Origin: Batkoa obscura
Lineage: Eukaryota
NCBI GenBank assembly: GCA_030770535.1
Contig: JASVEC010000012.1
Location: forward strand, 1 to 64,000
DNA length: 64,000 nt
Reading direction: 5' to 3'
The notes beneath the pieces are model-generated. The model worked only from the letters and a program-made list of their open reading frames with translations. It was not told the DNA's origin and searched no databases. Positions 25,058 through 38,215 of the stretch are shown here, piece by piece; the stretch's first letter is position 1, and every line of letters begins with the position of its first letter. The position numbers were made by a program, and so were the translations under genes.

Positions 25058-26204
25058 ATGGAGTTTCCAGATATAGGTGAACAATGTACAATAAACAGTT
25101 GTAATCAACTTGGTATAAATATATAATGATTTTTAGATTCAGTAATTTATATTAGACTTTTTGCCTTTTAAATGTAATAATTGTTCAAGAACATTTTGGT
25201 ACGATATAATTAAAAGTAAAGTTAGTTTTAACTCTTTTTAAGCCCTTCACATTTCCAAAGCACAGAGCACCCTTGTACAAATATTACCAAAACTATCGAT
25301 GAGCCCATCCCTTTAAAAGCCTCAGCAAAAATAGATTGTACCCTTAAAAAATGTAAAAGAAAAGAATTCAATGTTGTATATTGTAAAAGCTGTCTTGAGT
25401 TTTATTGTTTGAAGTAATAGAATTGATCCAATATATTAAACGAAGGCTAACATCTATAGCCATAGGCATTCCGCTTCTCATGATTGCGAATCAGTAAAAC
25501 AGAAAAAAGGTATTTTGGATGAAGCACAAATAGCAAAGAAAAAAAAACAAGAACAAAAGGAGACACTTTTAAATAAAGTAAAAGAAAGTGGCACAACCCA
25601 GAATAAAAGCAAGTTAGTTAAAATAGGAGCCAAAGTATCACCCAAAGTTGCTATAATGATATTTAAAAACAAAGCTAAAGTAGTGCTACAATATTGTAAT
25701 AAAGCATACATTTTATTGTTTAATGTAGGGTGACAACAAAGTTCCAATGTCTGAAAGAATCTATTTTAAGCTTTTATTTCCATTAAAATCAGATAAATCA
25801 CCAGAAAGTCTGTTTTTCGACAAGGTATTTTTAATTAAATAGGAATATATTAAAAATGAATTAATACTATAAAATGTTAGAATGTAGGAATTGGAAAAGC
25901 GCTTGATATATTTAGTGATAAGTACAAGTTGCCAAAGTTTAATAAACATACAAATTTAACCGATGAAAAAAAATGGGTAAGCAAGACGATTTACATTTTT
26001 TTAAAATTATTTAACTATTTCTAGTGTTTAAGTTTGTTTAGTGCAAAGACTGGAAAAAAGATTCAAACCTTTTTAACAACTTTTGATAAAGTTGAAGAAC
26101 TAAAAGATTGGGACAATGGGTCACCTACATTAATTTTAGAATATTCTAGTGCTGAAACTGAAGATTTGGAATTATTTTTATATGAAGACTTGCTAAAAGT
26201 ATAA
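25058..26204 (+). CDS. AN1-type zinc finger protein (ZFAND1/Cuz1-like), multi-exon
   Basis: Spliced MEFPDIGEQC..SCNQLDFLPFKCNNCSRTFC; second AN1 finger C..C..FYCL.HRH...HDC; KAKGDNKVPMSERIYF. Confidence 0.88.
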
Positions 26205-26745
26205 ATTGATAAATGTTTTACTATTTAAATATCGGTTTTTGTTATTTTTATATTTAAAACTATATTATAAAACAATCAAACATTCATAAAGTACTGTTTA
26301 AAATTTAAACAGTACCTCTTTTTAAGTTACAATAAAAAAGTCAGTAAAAACTTCAATTTTTAAATTACCCAAGCAGCTCACTATCTGTAAAGCTACAACT
26401 GTGAGAATTTATATTATTAATTTGATTTACAAACATAATTTATTCTTTTTTTGAACCATTTATCTAAGCTAATTGTAATAAAATAAATACTTTCAAAATT
26501 GATAATACAAAACAAAATGCTATATCAATTATTATATATATAATTTTACAAATTACCTTATTTGGCAAATTATGGAAATTTTATAAGCAGCTCTAGAATA
26601 CTAGCTCTGATATTGTAAACTAGCGGTACATAGTGTATAATAAACCATTTCAATTTTATACTCGTAAACTATAGACCAATAGTGTCTTCAATTAAGCCAC
26701 TTTGTAAATATCTCGAATTTAAGCAGCTCCGTTTAATCTGTCAAC

Positions 26746-26835
26746 ATAAAATAAAATAAAATAAAATAAAATAAAATAAAATAAAATAAAATAAAATAAA
26801 ATAAAATAAAATAAAATAAAATAAAATAAAATAAA
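26746..26835. repeat. (ATAAA)18 microsatellite
   Basis: Perfect pentanucleotide run. Confidence 0.95.
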
Positions 26836-27521
26836 TATTTATCAAAGCTTGTAATTTTTAATATCACCACGGTTCATAAATGAAGATCAATAGTTTACAA
26901 GTTTTGTTAATATTGCCAATCAATTAAAAAATCGTTAGTTATTTCGAATAAGGTTGATAATACTCTTTTTTAAAATATTAAACTGATGCTAAAATACAAA
27001 ATTTAAAATAAAAACAAACATTAAAATATGATTATACAAATTTAGCTTTTCCTTTGTTATGATGTATCCTGTTTTATTAAAATAAAAGTTATATACATTG
27101 ATTTATGTCTTTGAAGTCTGGTGTAATTATGTTACTGTTTTATTAAATAAATAATCAAACATTTCATTAATTTATCATTTATAACATCAACTACAACCAA
27201 ACAGTTTCGCTATGAAGGAGGTTTAACTACAAATTGTAAATACAGAAAGTTTATAAAAATTAATCTTTTCTAAAGCTTCATAATATATATATATAAATAA
27301 AACAGGCTGTAACGAATTCAACTTAATTGAATAATTTATATTTATATTTCAAATACATATTTATTAGTCTAGCCAAATACAATGAAAATAATAAAAACTG
27401 TAAATAGTTTAATGTTTATAAAATTCAATTAATATAATTTCGTAGGCGTGATAATTTATAAATCCACATCTTTAACATAGATATTCAAACGAAGCTTAAA
27501 AACAAGCATCATAAAAACAAT

Positions 27522-27621
27522 ATGGGTATGTATTTTTTTGTTTAAGAATTTTACTAACAATCTTTCCACCAAAATAAGCTTGAAAAATGGAAAAAGCGAT
27601 GAAACCAAAAAACATCCTCAT
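27522..27621 (+). mobile_element. ~100 bp MITE, copy 7
   Basis: TA|TGGGTATGT...ACATCCTCA|TA; family core. Confidence 0.85.
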
Positions 27622-28354
27622 ATTTTAATTTGAAAAATGATTGAATCAAATATACATATAACAAAGTAATATATCATTTAACTACATTTAGATTTATTTA
27701 GGTTCATATTCAATATAATAGATAGGATTATTAGTTGAATATTTTACATATTAAATTGCTAGAATATCTCGTTCAACATATATGTGACCTTTTTTTGTAT
27801 AAGATTTGGATCACTAATAATTTTTTCAATTTTATGGTACACAAAAAGTAAACAAAATCTTGATTCAAAAAATAAGCACACTAAATTAATAGAGATTTTC
27901 TAAAATGCACTTAAAAATTAAAAATCACTGCTTGTTTTATATAATCTTATACGATATATTATATATTATTAAATAAAGGCATGCAAATAATATTTTAATT
28001 ATATTGTAACTTATTTTAAAGTCACTAAAAATCCTAAATTTCAAAATTTCGAAAAATTGGTAAATTGCAAAATCAGTAAAATTTAATATAATTTGATAAA
28101 ATCTAGGTAGTATTGAAACATGATTGGAAGGATTCTGGCAGGGGTAAAATTTTCAAAATCAAAGCAAATTTTTTAAGTATCTAGTTAATATTCTGATTGA
28201 CTCTCTCTTTCAGTTTAACGGACACCTAATCCAAATAAACACTAATTAGGTATGTAAATTATGATATAAAGCTGCTATTTTATTTTGGGATACTATTTTG
28301 AGTATATTTCAGATTTTTTTGCCAAAAAACTAAAACTTTATATAAATAGTTAAA

Positions 28355-28803
28355 ATGGTCAACGAAAAAAAGGGAAATAAACGTTCAACTCTTTCCGATG
28401 TTGTAACCCGTGAATATACCATTCATCTTCACAAATACGTACACGGAACGTAAGAAAATTATTATAATTTAATATGTTTTTAAAAAAAATAGTTCTTTCA
28501 AGAAGCGTACTCCAAAAGCCATCAAAGCCATCAAGGAATTCGCTGTTAAATCTATGGGTACCCAAGATGTCCGTCTTGACCCTGCTTTAAACAAGGCCGT
28601 ATGGCACCGTGGTGTAAAGAACGTTGATCATCGTATCCGCGTTCGTTTATCTCGTAAGCGTAACGAAAGTGAAGACTCCAAAAACAAACTTTTCACCTAT
28701 GTTACCTACGTTAAAGTTCCATCTTTCAAAAGTAATACTTTAAGTAATCATTATAATTTTAATCTAATATTTAGGTCTCCTCACCGAAACTGTTGACGAA
28801 TAA
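28355..28803 (+). CDS. RPL31: 60S ribosomal protein L31 (eL31); 2 coding introns and a probable 5'UTR intron at ~28250-28349
   Basis: [56 protein letters not shown]. Confidence 0.98.
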
Positions 28804-30371
28804 ACAGTTACTGTCTTATAAAAATAAAGGTTTTTGACTAACTAAATTATTCAAAGGAAGAAACGGAAATATATCAAGTCTAATGTTGAATTTATTTTGA
28901 TGAAAATTTTATTTTCACATTTACTTTTCAAATAATAATGCTCCAAATATTTTTAATAGTTTTAAGTTAATTCAATATTTAAGTTTTTATACGCTTTATC
29001 TACTGCCCATGTAATATATAATTAAGGTATTATTTTAGTTTAGCTTTGTTTAAATTATTAGAACTCCGCCAATCGTTTATTTTGTTTCCTATCAAATATT
29101 ATGGTTTAAGTATATTTGCATACAATATGTTCAAGGTAGTTGCACATATGGTTCTTAAAGCATGATATTTAATACTAATTGAACTTTTACTTTAATTTAA
29201 TAAAGAATATTGTTTAAATAGATAAAAGCTATGGTTTGGCTTTCCGTATTGTATTTTATCATTATCTTAAAGTCTAAAAGGCAATCTAATCTATTCACTT
29301 TTGATACATTTTCATAAATGCTTTTGCTACTAATGTTTGATTTATATGTAACAAAACACTTATTGCCAAATATGCTTTTTCAATTAGATGTTTATAAACA
29401 TTACTTCAAAACTTTAAAACAGTCTTTGATGATAAGTGCTGTAGGTATATAAAACTTATAGAATATAGTGTGTTTTTACAATGATCTAAGTTTAATTTGA
29501 TAGTATTTTTTTCAAATAAATGAAAATTAAAAGATTGATATTATAAAAATAGCACTCTATAAAGTTTGACCACATGTGGTTGTTTTTTAAAGCTACTATA
29601 AACCTTGCTGATATCTATTAAATTTTTATATTAGGCGTTTTTTTAATTTTAATAAGTAGATAAAACTACCTATATTTTATTTTACTCATAGTAGTTTTAT
29701 GCTAGAGAAATAAATATTTTTAAATATAAAACACGCAGTTTACAATTTTGACAAGTGTATATTAGATATATTATCAGTTTCAATGTTTCTTTATACACAA
29801 TTTTTAAATTTTTGATAAATACTTTAGGATAAAATGATATTGCTATACTTATTTTGAAATTAAAGATAATTTAGATTAATTTAAATCTATTTATTTGAAT
29901 TTTTAAGTCTGAAATAAAATATCGAAATATTGAATTATAAAATATAGCTTAAAGCTAATATAATTTCATATACGTATAGTTGAACATGAAATCTATCATA
30001 ACAATTATTATAGCCATAAATTAAAATTCCTTAATACAAAGTCAAAAGTAATAAAACGTAAAAAAATCACTGATTATAATTTACATGAAGACAATTTATT
30101 TCTGGTATCGTAAGGGTTGTATATTAATTTAAATTATATTTTACATTTGTGGAGATATTCTATACATAGTATATCTTCATTTTGAGTGAATTTTCTAAAT
30201 TTTATTAAACTCGAGCTACAATATTATTTAACAAACCAACAACTATAATCAAATTAAAGAAAACAAGTAAGAAAAATCCTCTTATCTTTTCTTAGGTTAA
30301 ATTTATATACAATGTCTCTTGGAAATAAACAACTTTTAATAATTTACTACTTTTATTCACCCAAAATTAAT

Positions 30372-30774
30372 TTAAAGCTGGGCATTGTAAACACTATAAA
30401 AATATTAGTATTAATGAAAAATAAAATTTCCAAAATACTCACTTGTTAAGATAACCATCACGAGTAGCAAGACGGTTAAGGGAATCATCAGATTCGCCTA
30501 AATGACGAACAAAACCGGAGAGAGCATAGGTTTTGAAGGCACCAGTGTATTTACCACTAGCATCAACTTCTCCAATGTTAATTTGGACAGAAGCATGATC
30601 TTTGGCACCAATTAAACGGTTGGTGGCAGAGCTAAATTCGATTAATTAGCATCAATCCTCAATTTTTTTTTCAATTTTATATGTATCATGATATATAATA
30701 TCTGATCTTATAGCTGAATATTACCATTTACGTGGGACGTAAAGATCGACAATTTTACCATCAGAGTTCTCCAT
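30372..30774 (-). CDS. RPS21: 40S ribosomal protein S21 (eS21); 3 exons
   Basis: [40 protein letters not shown]...[11 protein letters not shown]; missed by the ORF track. Confidence 0.98.
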
Positions 30775-31408
30775 GTTTCTTTATATCTTACTTTATGGGA
30801 TTGAGAAAGGGACCGAAAATTTTTTCAATTTGTATCAAAATAACTTGGATTCCCTTTAAAATTTTTTCATTATTTTAAATTTTAATTTGTTGAAATTCAA
30901 TTTATTACAACATATAATTGGCTAAAAATATTGAGTATTTTCTTATTCTATCGTTTTATTAGTTGGCTCGGAAATTTGCAAATTTAATTTTTAGTTTATG
31001 CAATGATTAGTGAAATTATATAAATTTAAAAGCAGTCAAACAGTATAAGACAATACTCAGGATCTAAGTATGACTGCTAAACAATTAAAGCATTATTCTA
31101 TGAGAATATGAAATGTCAAAGTATTTTTTAGTTTGTGATTTTATAGATTTTTTTATTAGTGTTGTAAATGTAAATTTATTAGCTTACTCTTTCTAAAGTA
31201 GTTAATATCTATCAGCTCTTTCTAAAAACTTAAATCACATTTGATGCTACAATGTAGTTATAGTATATAATTTAATATTTTTCTTAAAGTATAAAATGTC
31301 AATTTTAATTTTTTAAAATAAAAGATCATTTTTAAAATAAAATTGAATTCCGAACTTCCAAAATTTAAAATATTCCTTGATTTGTAAAATCGAACTTTAT
31401 AAATTAAA

Positions 31409-33920
31409 ATGAAAAGAAAAGATAAAAATAAAGATAAGTCGAAAGTAGAAGACCTAGAAGTAGGCCAGCAAACTAAAGGGGATGAAATTCAAGAAAAGAA
31501 TGCTAAGATGAATCCAAAGAAAAAGAAAAGATTAGATAATTATATTGTAAGTTTTATACTAGCTATAAAAACAGTGTAATTAATTTGATTTTTAAATTCA
31601 TAGAAAAAAAAATTAGCCAAAGAAGAAAAGGAAGAGCTATTTAAGAAGCTTTCGTAAGATTAATTTTATAAATGAAAAAGAAATAGATTATTAATATAGA
31701 ACAGTCAAAGTACTTTCACTTCAGATTTGATGCTTTCAAGTAAAACTTTAGGACAATCTAAAATGACGACTCGTGAAAAGTTAAGACATGCATTAAACCA
31801 ACAAAAAGCAGGTATACCAATTACTGATAAAAGTGTACGTTTAGTAGTAGAAAAAGAAGTCGATGATGAAGAAGAAGCTTTAAATTCAATGGAAAGTTAT
31901 GCCAAATCAACTATGGAATTAGCTAAATCCCTTTCTAGTACAAAACAAGGAACTATTCAATTGGGTATTGGGTCAGCTCTTAAATCTGGTTTACAACCTG
32001 GAACAATTCCTAAAAGAGTTAAAAATAAAAATAAAAGTATGGTTTCAGTTAAAGAGTTACTTAAACGCAATAATGCTGAGTTATCTTCAAGTGATTTTGA
32101 TAGCTCCGATACAGATTCTCAATCGGAATCTGGTAATGAAAATGAAAAAGAAGAATCCGAAAAACAGGATAATGAAGAAGTTATAGAAAAAAATATAGAA
32201 AATAATCCAACCACTTCGTTATCTTATTTACAAGCACCAACCAATAAACCAGAAGTATTAGTCAATGTCAGTAAACCATTAATTAAACCAATAACAAATC
32301 CAATAAAAGGGAAAGAAGATAAATTTTATGTTACTGTAAATAGATCTGAAGAAATACAAGCTGCAAGGATGAAATTACCAGTATGTGGTGAAGAACAAGT
32401 GATAATGGAAGCTATTGAAGCTAATGATGCTATAATTATTTGTGGTGAAACGGGTTCAGGTAAAACTACACAATTACCTCAATTTTTATATGAAGCTGGT
32501 TATGGTCATCCAGAGTCTTCAAATTCAGGATTGATTGGTGTTACTCAACCTAGAAGGGTTGCTGCTGTTAGTATGGCCAATCGAGTATCAAAAGAATTAA
32601 ATACAGATACACAAGTTGTTTCTTATCAAATTAGATATGATGCTACTGTTTCAAAAAATACAAAAATTAAATTTATGACGGATGGTGTTTTACTTCGTGA
32701 AATTTCTCAAGATTTATTACTTAACAAATACTCAGCTATTTTATTAGATGAAGCTCATGAACGTACTTTAAATACAGACATTTTAATTGGTGTTCTTTCT
32801 AGAGCCTTAAAATTGAGAAATAACCTTTATAGAGAAGGTAAACCTGGTGTCAAAGTAATTTATTTCATATTAGTAAAAAACAGTATATATTAAAATTTAT
32901 TTATTAGCCACTCAAATTAATTATTATGTCTGCTACTCTTAGAGTTGAAGATTTTAGAAACAATGCCAGTTTATTTTCTAGTAATAATATACCACCAGTG
33001 ATTAAAGTAGATGCTAGGCAATACCCAGTTACAACTCATTTTAATAAGCATACACCCCAGCATGATTATATTGGTGAGGCATTTAAAAAGATAGTAAAAA
33101 TACATACACGTTTACCACCTGGTGGAATCTTAGTATTTTTAACTGGACAAAATGAAATTCAAGGACTTTGTCGAAAATTAAAATCAAAATTTCCGAGTTC
33201 AAAAGAATCTAAAAAGAATACTATTTCGAATGTAAAATTAAAAGCTGATATTAGTATTGAAGCTGAAGATTTAAATAATGATGATAATTATGAAGATTTT
33301 GATGAAGATCAAGAACTTGAATTTGGAAATTCAGAAGAAGAATTAGAAGGTGATGATATAGAGCATTTAGAACTTTCTGAAGAAGCTACACATGGTAAAT
33401 TTTAAATGATTTTTATATTTATATAATATATGTACATATATTAATCAAATGTTATTTTTATAGAACCATTGTATGTACTTCCATTATATGCAATGTTGCC
33501 AACTCAACAGCAACTTAAAGTATTTGAAGATCCACCAGCTGGACATAGATTATGTGTAGTTGCTACTAATGTAGCAGAAACATCTTTGACAATTCCAAAT
33601 ATAAGATATGTTATTGATGTTGGTAAAGCTAAAGAAAAACATTATGATTCAAAATCAAATATATCAAATTTTAAAATTGATTGGATATCTAAAGCTTCAG
33701 CTGATCAAGTAATTATTATTTATTTTAATTTTAAATTATTATTAAAAATAATTATTATTATTTTTGTTATAGAGAGCGGGTCGTGCTGGTCGTACTGGAC
33801 CTGGTCATTGTTATCGTATTTATTCATCAGCTGTATTCAATGATTATTTTGAACAATTTTCTGAACCTGAAATATTTAGAAATCCAATAGAAGGTAATAT
33901 AATATAAAATTAAATTAAAT

Positions 33921-33952
<32 letters not shown>

Positions 33953-35361
33953 TTATAATATTTTAATAGGTGTTGTATTACAAATGAAAAGTATGAATTT
34001 AGATAAAGTTGCCAACTTTCCATTTCCAACACCACCATCCAGAGCATCTATACAAAAAGCAGAAAGATTACTAAGTTATTTAGGTGCAATTGATATGGAT
34101 ACTAAAAAAATAGTATCTTTAGGTACACTTATGTCTATGTTTCCAGTATCACCAAGGTTTTCTAAAATGTAAAATATTATAAAATAAACAAATTTTTATT
34201 ATATTATATTAATAATTTATTTTAGCTTGGCAATTGGACAACAACATGGATGTATGCCCTATGTAATTGCTTTAGTAGCAGCACTTTCCGTTGGTGATCC
34301 ATTTCTAAAAGAACATCAAGCAATTGAAGTTATTAATGAAGAGGAAGATGAACAAGAAAAGTTATTAAATTCATCTCAAAAAAAGAAATTTTATCAAGCT
34401 TTAGCTGTAAGGTTTTATTTATTTAATATTTGACATTTAATATCAGCTTATAACTTTAGAAATTTACTGGTAAAGTGCCTACAAGTGATCATTTAAGAAT
34501 ATTAAATGTAATTGGTGCTTATGAATATGATGGTGGTAGTGATCAATTTTGTAATAATAATTTTGTGAGAATTAAAGTAATAAATCACATTATAATAACA
34601 TTAATAACAAATTAAATATTAATAATAATATTACTATCATAGGCGATGGATGAAATTCGTAAAATGCGTCGACAATTAACTAATCTAGTTCAATTATATT
34701 GTCCAAATATCGATGTAACATTAGATCCTAAACTACCTCCACCTTCACCAACACAGGTATTTTAATTTTATAAATAATATAATAATAATAATAAAATAAT
34801 ATTGTTTTAGTGTTTAGCTTTAAGACAAATTTTATTAGCTGGATTTGTAGATCAAGTAGCTATATTAAAAACATTAGTTGATAAAAATAAAGAAAGTTAT
34901 AATGGAAAAGGTATAAAATCAACTCCAGCTTATAAATTAATGTGGAGTGATGAAGATGCTTATATTCATCCAGCTTCCGCTTTATATTTACATTCTCCTC
35001 CTCCACCTTTTATTGTTTATACTCAATTAAGTAAATCTTCTTCTGGTACAGTATTGATGCAAGGTAATAATCATATATAATATATAATATATAATATATA
35101 ATATATAATATAATTAATATATTATTTTATTTAGATGTTACTGTAGTTGAAAGTAAATGGTTAATTAATGTAGCTAAACCATTGGTTAATTTTAGTAAAC
35201 CCATAAATGATAAAGATAGTTTATCTAAATTACAAAATGCAGTTCAATCTATTAAAGAATTCAATACAGCAAATCAATTAGTTAAAGTAAATTGTAGTTA
35301 TGGTCCAAAATATTGGCCATTACCTAATCATACAATTTCATTAAATCAACTTAAAAAATAA
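31409..35361 (+). CDS. ECM16: DEAH-box RNA helicase DHX37/Dhr1, multi-exon
   Basis: [85 protein letters not shown]. Confidence 0.96.
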
Positions 35362-35477
35362 TAGATGTTTTAAATAAACAAATAAAATAGAAATAAAATA
35401 AAAATAAAAATAGATATTATTATTATTATTATTATAATTTAATAAAGTTTTTTAATTTAATTCAATTTAATTTAATT

Positions 35478-36191
35478 TTATTTAAACCTATTTAATTGAG
35501 CTTCTCTTTCTAATATACTAGCATCTAATTTTATTAATATTGTTGTTCTAGATGGAAACCCAGGAGCTGGTACAGAGTGTGCAGTAACTCTACAAGGCTA
35601 TAATAAAAAAAGAGCTATTAAATCAAATAATAAATCACAAACTAATAAATTACATATTGTCCCGCTTGTAAAACCCCTTCAACAATACCAGCTACAAAAG
35701 CATTAGCATTAAATTGACTTAATTCTTTAGGTACAGATATATATTTAATAAATAAAGGCTCATTATCAGATAACATGTATTCTTCTGGGGATTCTGTCGA
35801 TCTTTCAAATGCATCGACAGCTTTATCAAATAAAAATTGCCATAATATAGTACTTATAAAAGTTAATAAATCTTGTACTCGAATCTCTCTCTTAGCTGAA
35901 AATAAACCTCCTTTGCCTCGGAGTGTTAGGATCTCTAACGCACGTATGCCTACCCTTTTACCAATTTCATTTAATCTGTTGATATAAGTTAGGGGTTTTA
36001 TATGGAGTGAATGTAGGATAATAATTACTTTTTTTCTAAATCCTGTATACCATCTACTCGATTTTGGGAATATTGAATAAGTTCGGAAAATAAAAAGGAA
36101 AAGGAACTTAAACTAAACTTTTAAAAAATAACGGTTATCCTTTATATTAATAATTAAATAAAAAAACTACTTTTTGATTTGTATTACTCAT
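35478..36191 (-). CDS. TRS31: TRAPP complex subunit 5; 4 exons
   Basis: SLSSFSFLFSELIQYSQ...LNEIG.RVG.R...YISVPKELSQFNANAFVAGIVEGVL...PCRVTAH...RTTILIKLD. Confidence 0.95.
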
Positions 36192-36374
36192 TATAATTAT
36201 ATATAAAAATAAATTACTTTCATTTTTTTTACTTCACATTTCAGATTTTTAGGTTAAGCTAATCAATTTAGGTTGATTATTCTATTGGCAAATCTGAATT
36301 AAAATAAATTCAAATTGATTTTTACTTTTATTGTTTTTGTTATTTTATTATAAAAATATTAAAAATAGTTTCAA

Positions 36375-37994
36375 ATGATATCAAGAATATTAGGTAGATT
36401 AAATGGATCAATAAATGTTAGTGGAAGGAATCAATTATTAAAAACTCGTTTATTAATAAATAAAGTACCGATAATAACATCCAATAATATAAAAAATAAA
36501 TTAAGATATATTCATAGTGAAGCGAATGATACAATTGAAAAAAATAAAACTGATTTTAAGGTAAGCTATAATTTATTAATATTAATTATTTGTATTAAAA
36601 CTAGCAATATTATTATAATAAAAAATTAGGACTTAGATATAGGAAACGACATCATACAAACTTTAGAAGAAAAATTCAATATTTATAAACCGACTTTAAT
36701 GCAACAATATTTATTAAATTATTTATCTTTAGATAAAGAAATTATATTAAAAAGTATGACTGGAACTGGAAAAACATTTATAACTTTATTATATTTAATA
36801 AATCAAATGAAAAAGAAAAAAGAAAAATATCAACTTGATACCATTTTTATTGTACCAAATAAAGAATTAGCTATTCAAATTGAAAATTGGTATAACAAAA
36901 TTAATAATAATAACAATAATAATAATCAACATTATAATTTACAAGTAATATATAAAGATCAACATAAAGAAGCAGAACAAGAAGCCAATTTAATTAAATA
37001 TAAACCTAATATAATAGTTGGTACACCTAATCGATTATTAGAATTCATTCATAAAGAGAATATAATTAATTTAAATAATTTATCAAGGATAATATTAGAT
37101 GAAGTAGATCATTTATTACGTTTACCCACACGTCATGCTTCACTAAAAAAACAATGGGTTAGAGAAACTCATCCAAAACCAAGTAGTATAATATTAGATG
37201 AATTAATTAATAAAAAACAATTGAATATTAAATTATTAGTCATGTCAGCAACATTAAATCGAGGTATTCGACATTATTTAAAGCAAAGAAATTGGATGAA
37301 ATATCCCATTTATATTGATGTTAATGCCGATATTGCTAATAGTATACCAACTACATTAGAGCATATGTGTTTAGTAATAAGTAAAGAAAGAGTTATTAAT
37401 TTAGATACAAATCCAGAAAGTCATAAATTAATGTTACCTAATATAGAAGAAGAAGAAGAAAATAAAGTCAAAAAAGAGAATCTTGAAAACAATATTATTA
37501 AAGTAGATGATATTCAATTATTAGAAAGTATAGCTTTAGCTGCTCATGCAGATCAAGTTAAAAATGGATTAGTGTTTATACCTCATTCAATGAAAGTAGA
37601 AGATGTTATTATAAAATTAAATAAAATGGGTATCAATGCTATTGATTTACAAAAATCATTTCCAATTCAATCTAATATTATTGAAACTGAAACTAAAATA
37701 GAAACTGAAATTAAAGATATACCAAAGTTATATGTTAGTAATTATTTTAATGCTCGAGGTATAGAAGTATGTGATTTAAGTCATGTATTTATCTTAGGTT
37801 ACCCAGGTACAATTCAAGATTATCAACATATGGCAGGTAGAGTAGGACGATTAATGGGTGGTCAAAATCATAATAGTAGTTGGGGTAGAGTTATTACATT
37901 AATTCCACAATCAAATGCTAATCAACATAAAATGAGAACATTATATAAATTATTAAATATTACCTTATTAGATCATCCAAACATTATAGATTAA
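36375..37994 (+). CDS. DEAD-box RNA helicase, probably mitochondrial; intron ~36561-36629
   Basis: Arg-rich presequence, Q-motif KPT.MQ, TGTGKT, VPNKELA.Q, GTPNRL, DEVD, SAT, ARG, HMAGRVGR. Confidence 0.9.
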
Positions 37995-38061
37995 GTTATG
38001 TATATATGTATATATATATTAATTTAATGAATTATATAGAAATAAAATAATTAAAAAATAC

Positions 38062-38203
<142 letters not shown>

Positions 38204-38215
38204 TTACTTGTTTAT

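Noticed and set aside
26210..28100. Hidden genes in long intergenic stretches (also 19300-20680 and 28810-30370)
   Set aside because: No spliceable ORF or motif found by eye; probably decayed repeats, though small genes or ncRNAs cannot be excluded without RNA data.
35996..36008. GTTAGGGG as an interstitial telomere seed or telomerase template
   Set aside because: Single imperfect unit; on the minus strand it is the CTAAC branch point of a TRS31 intron.
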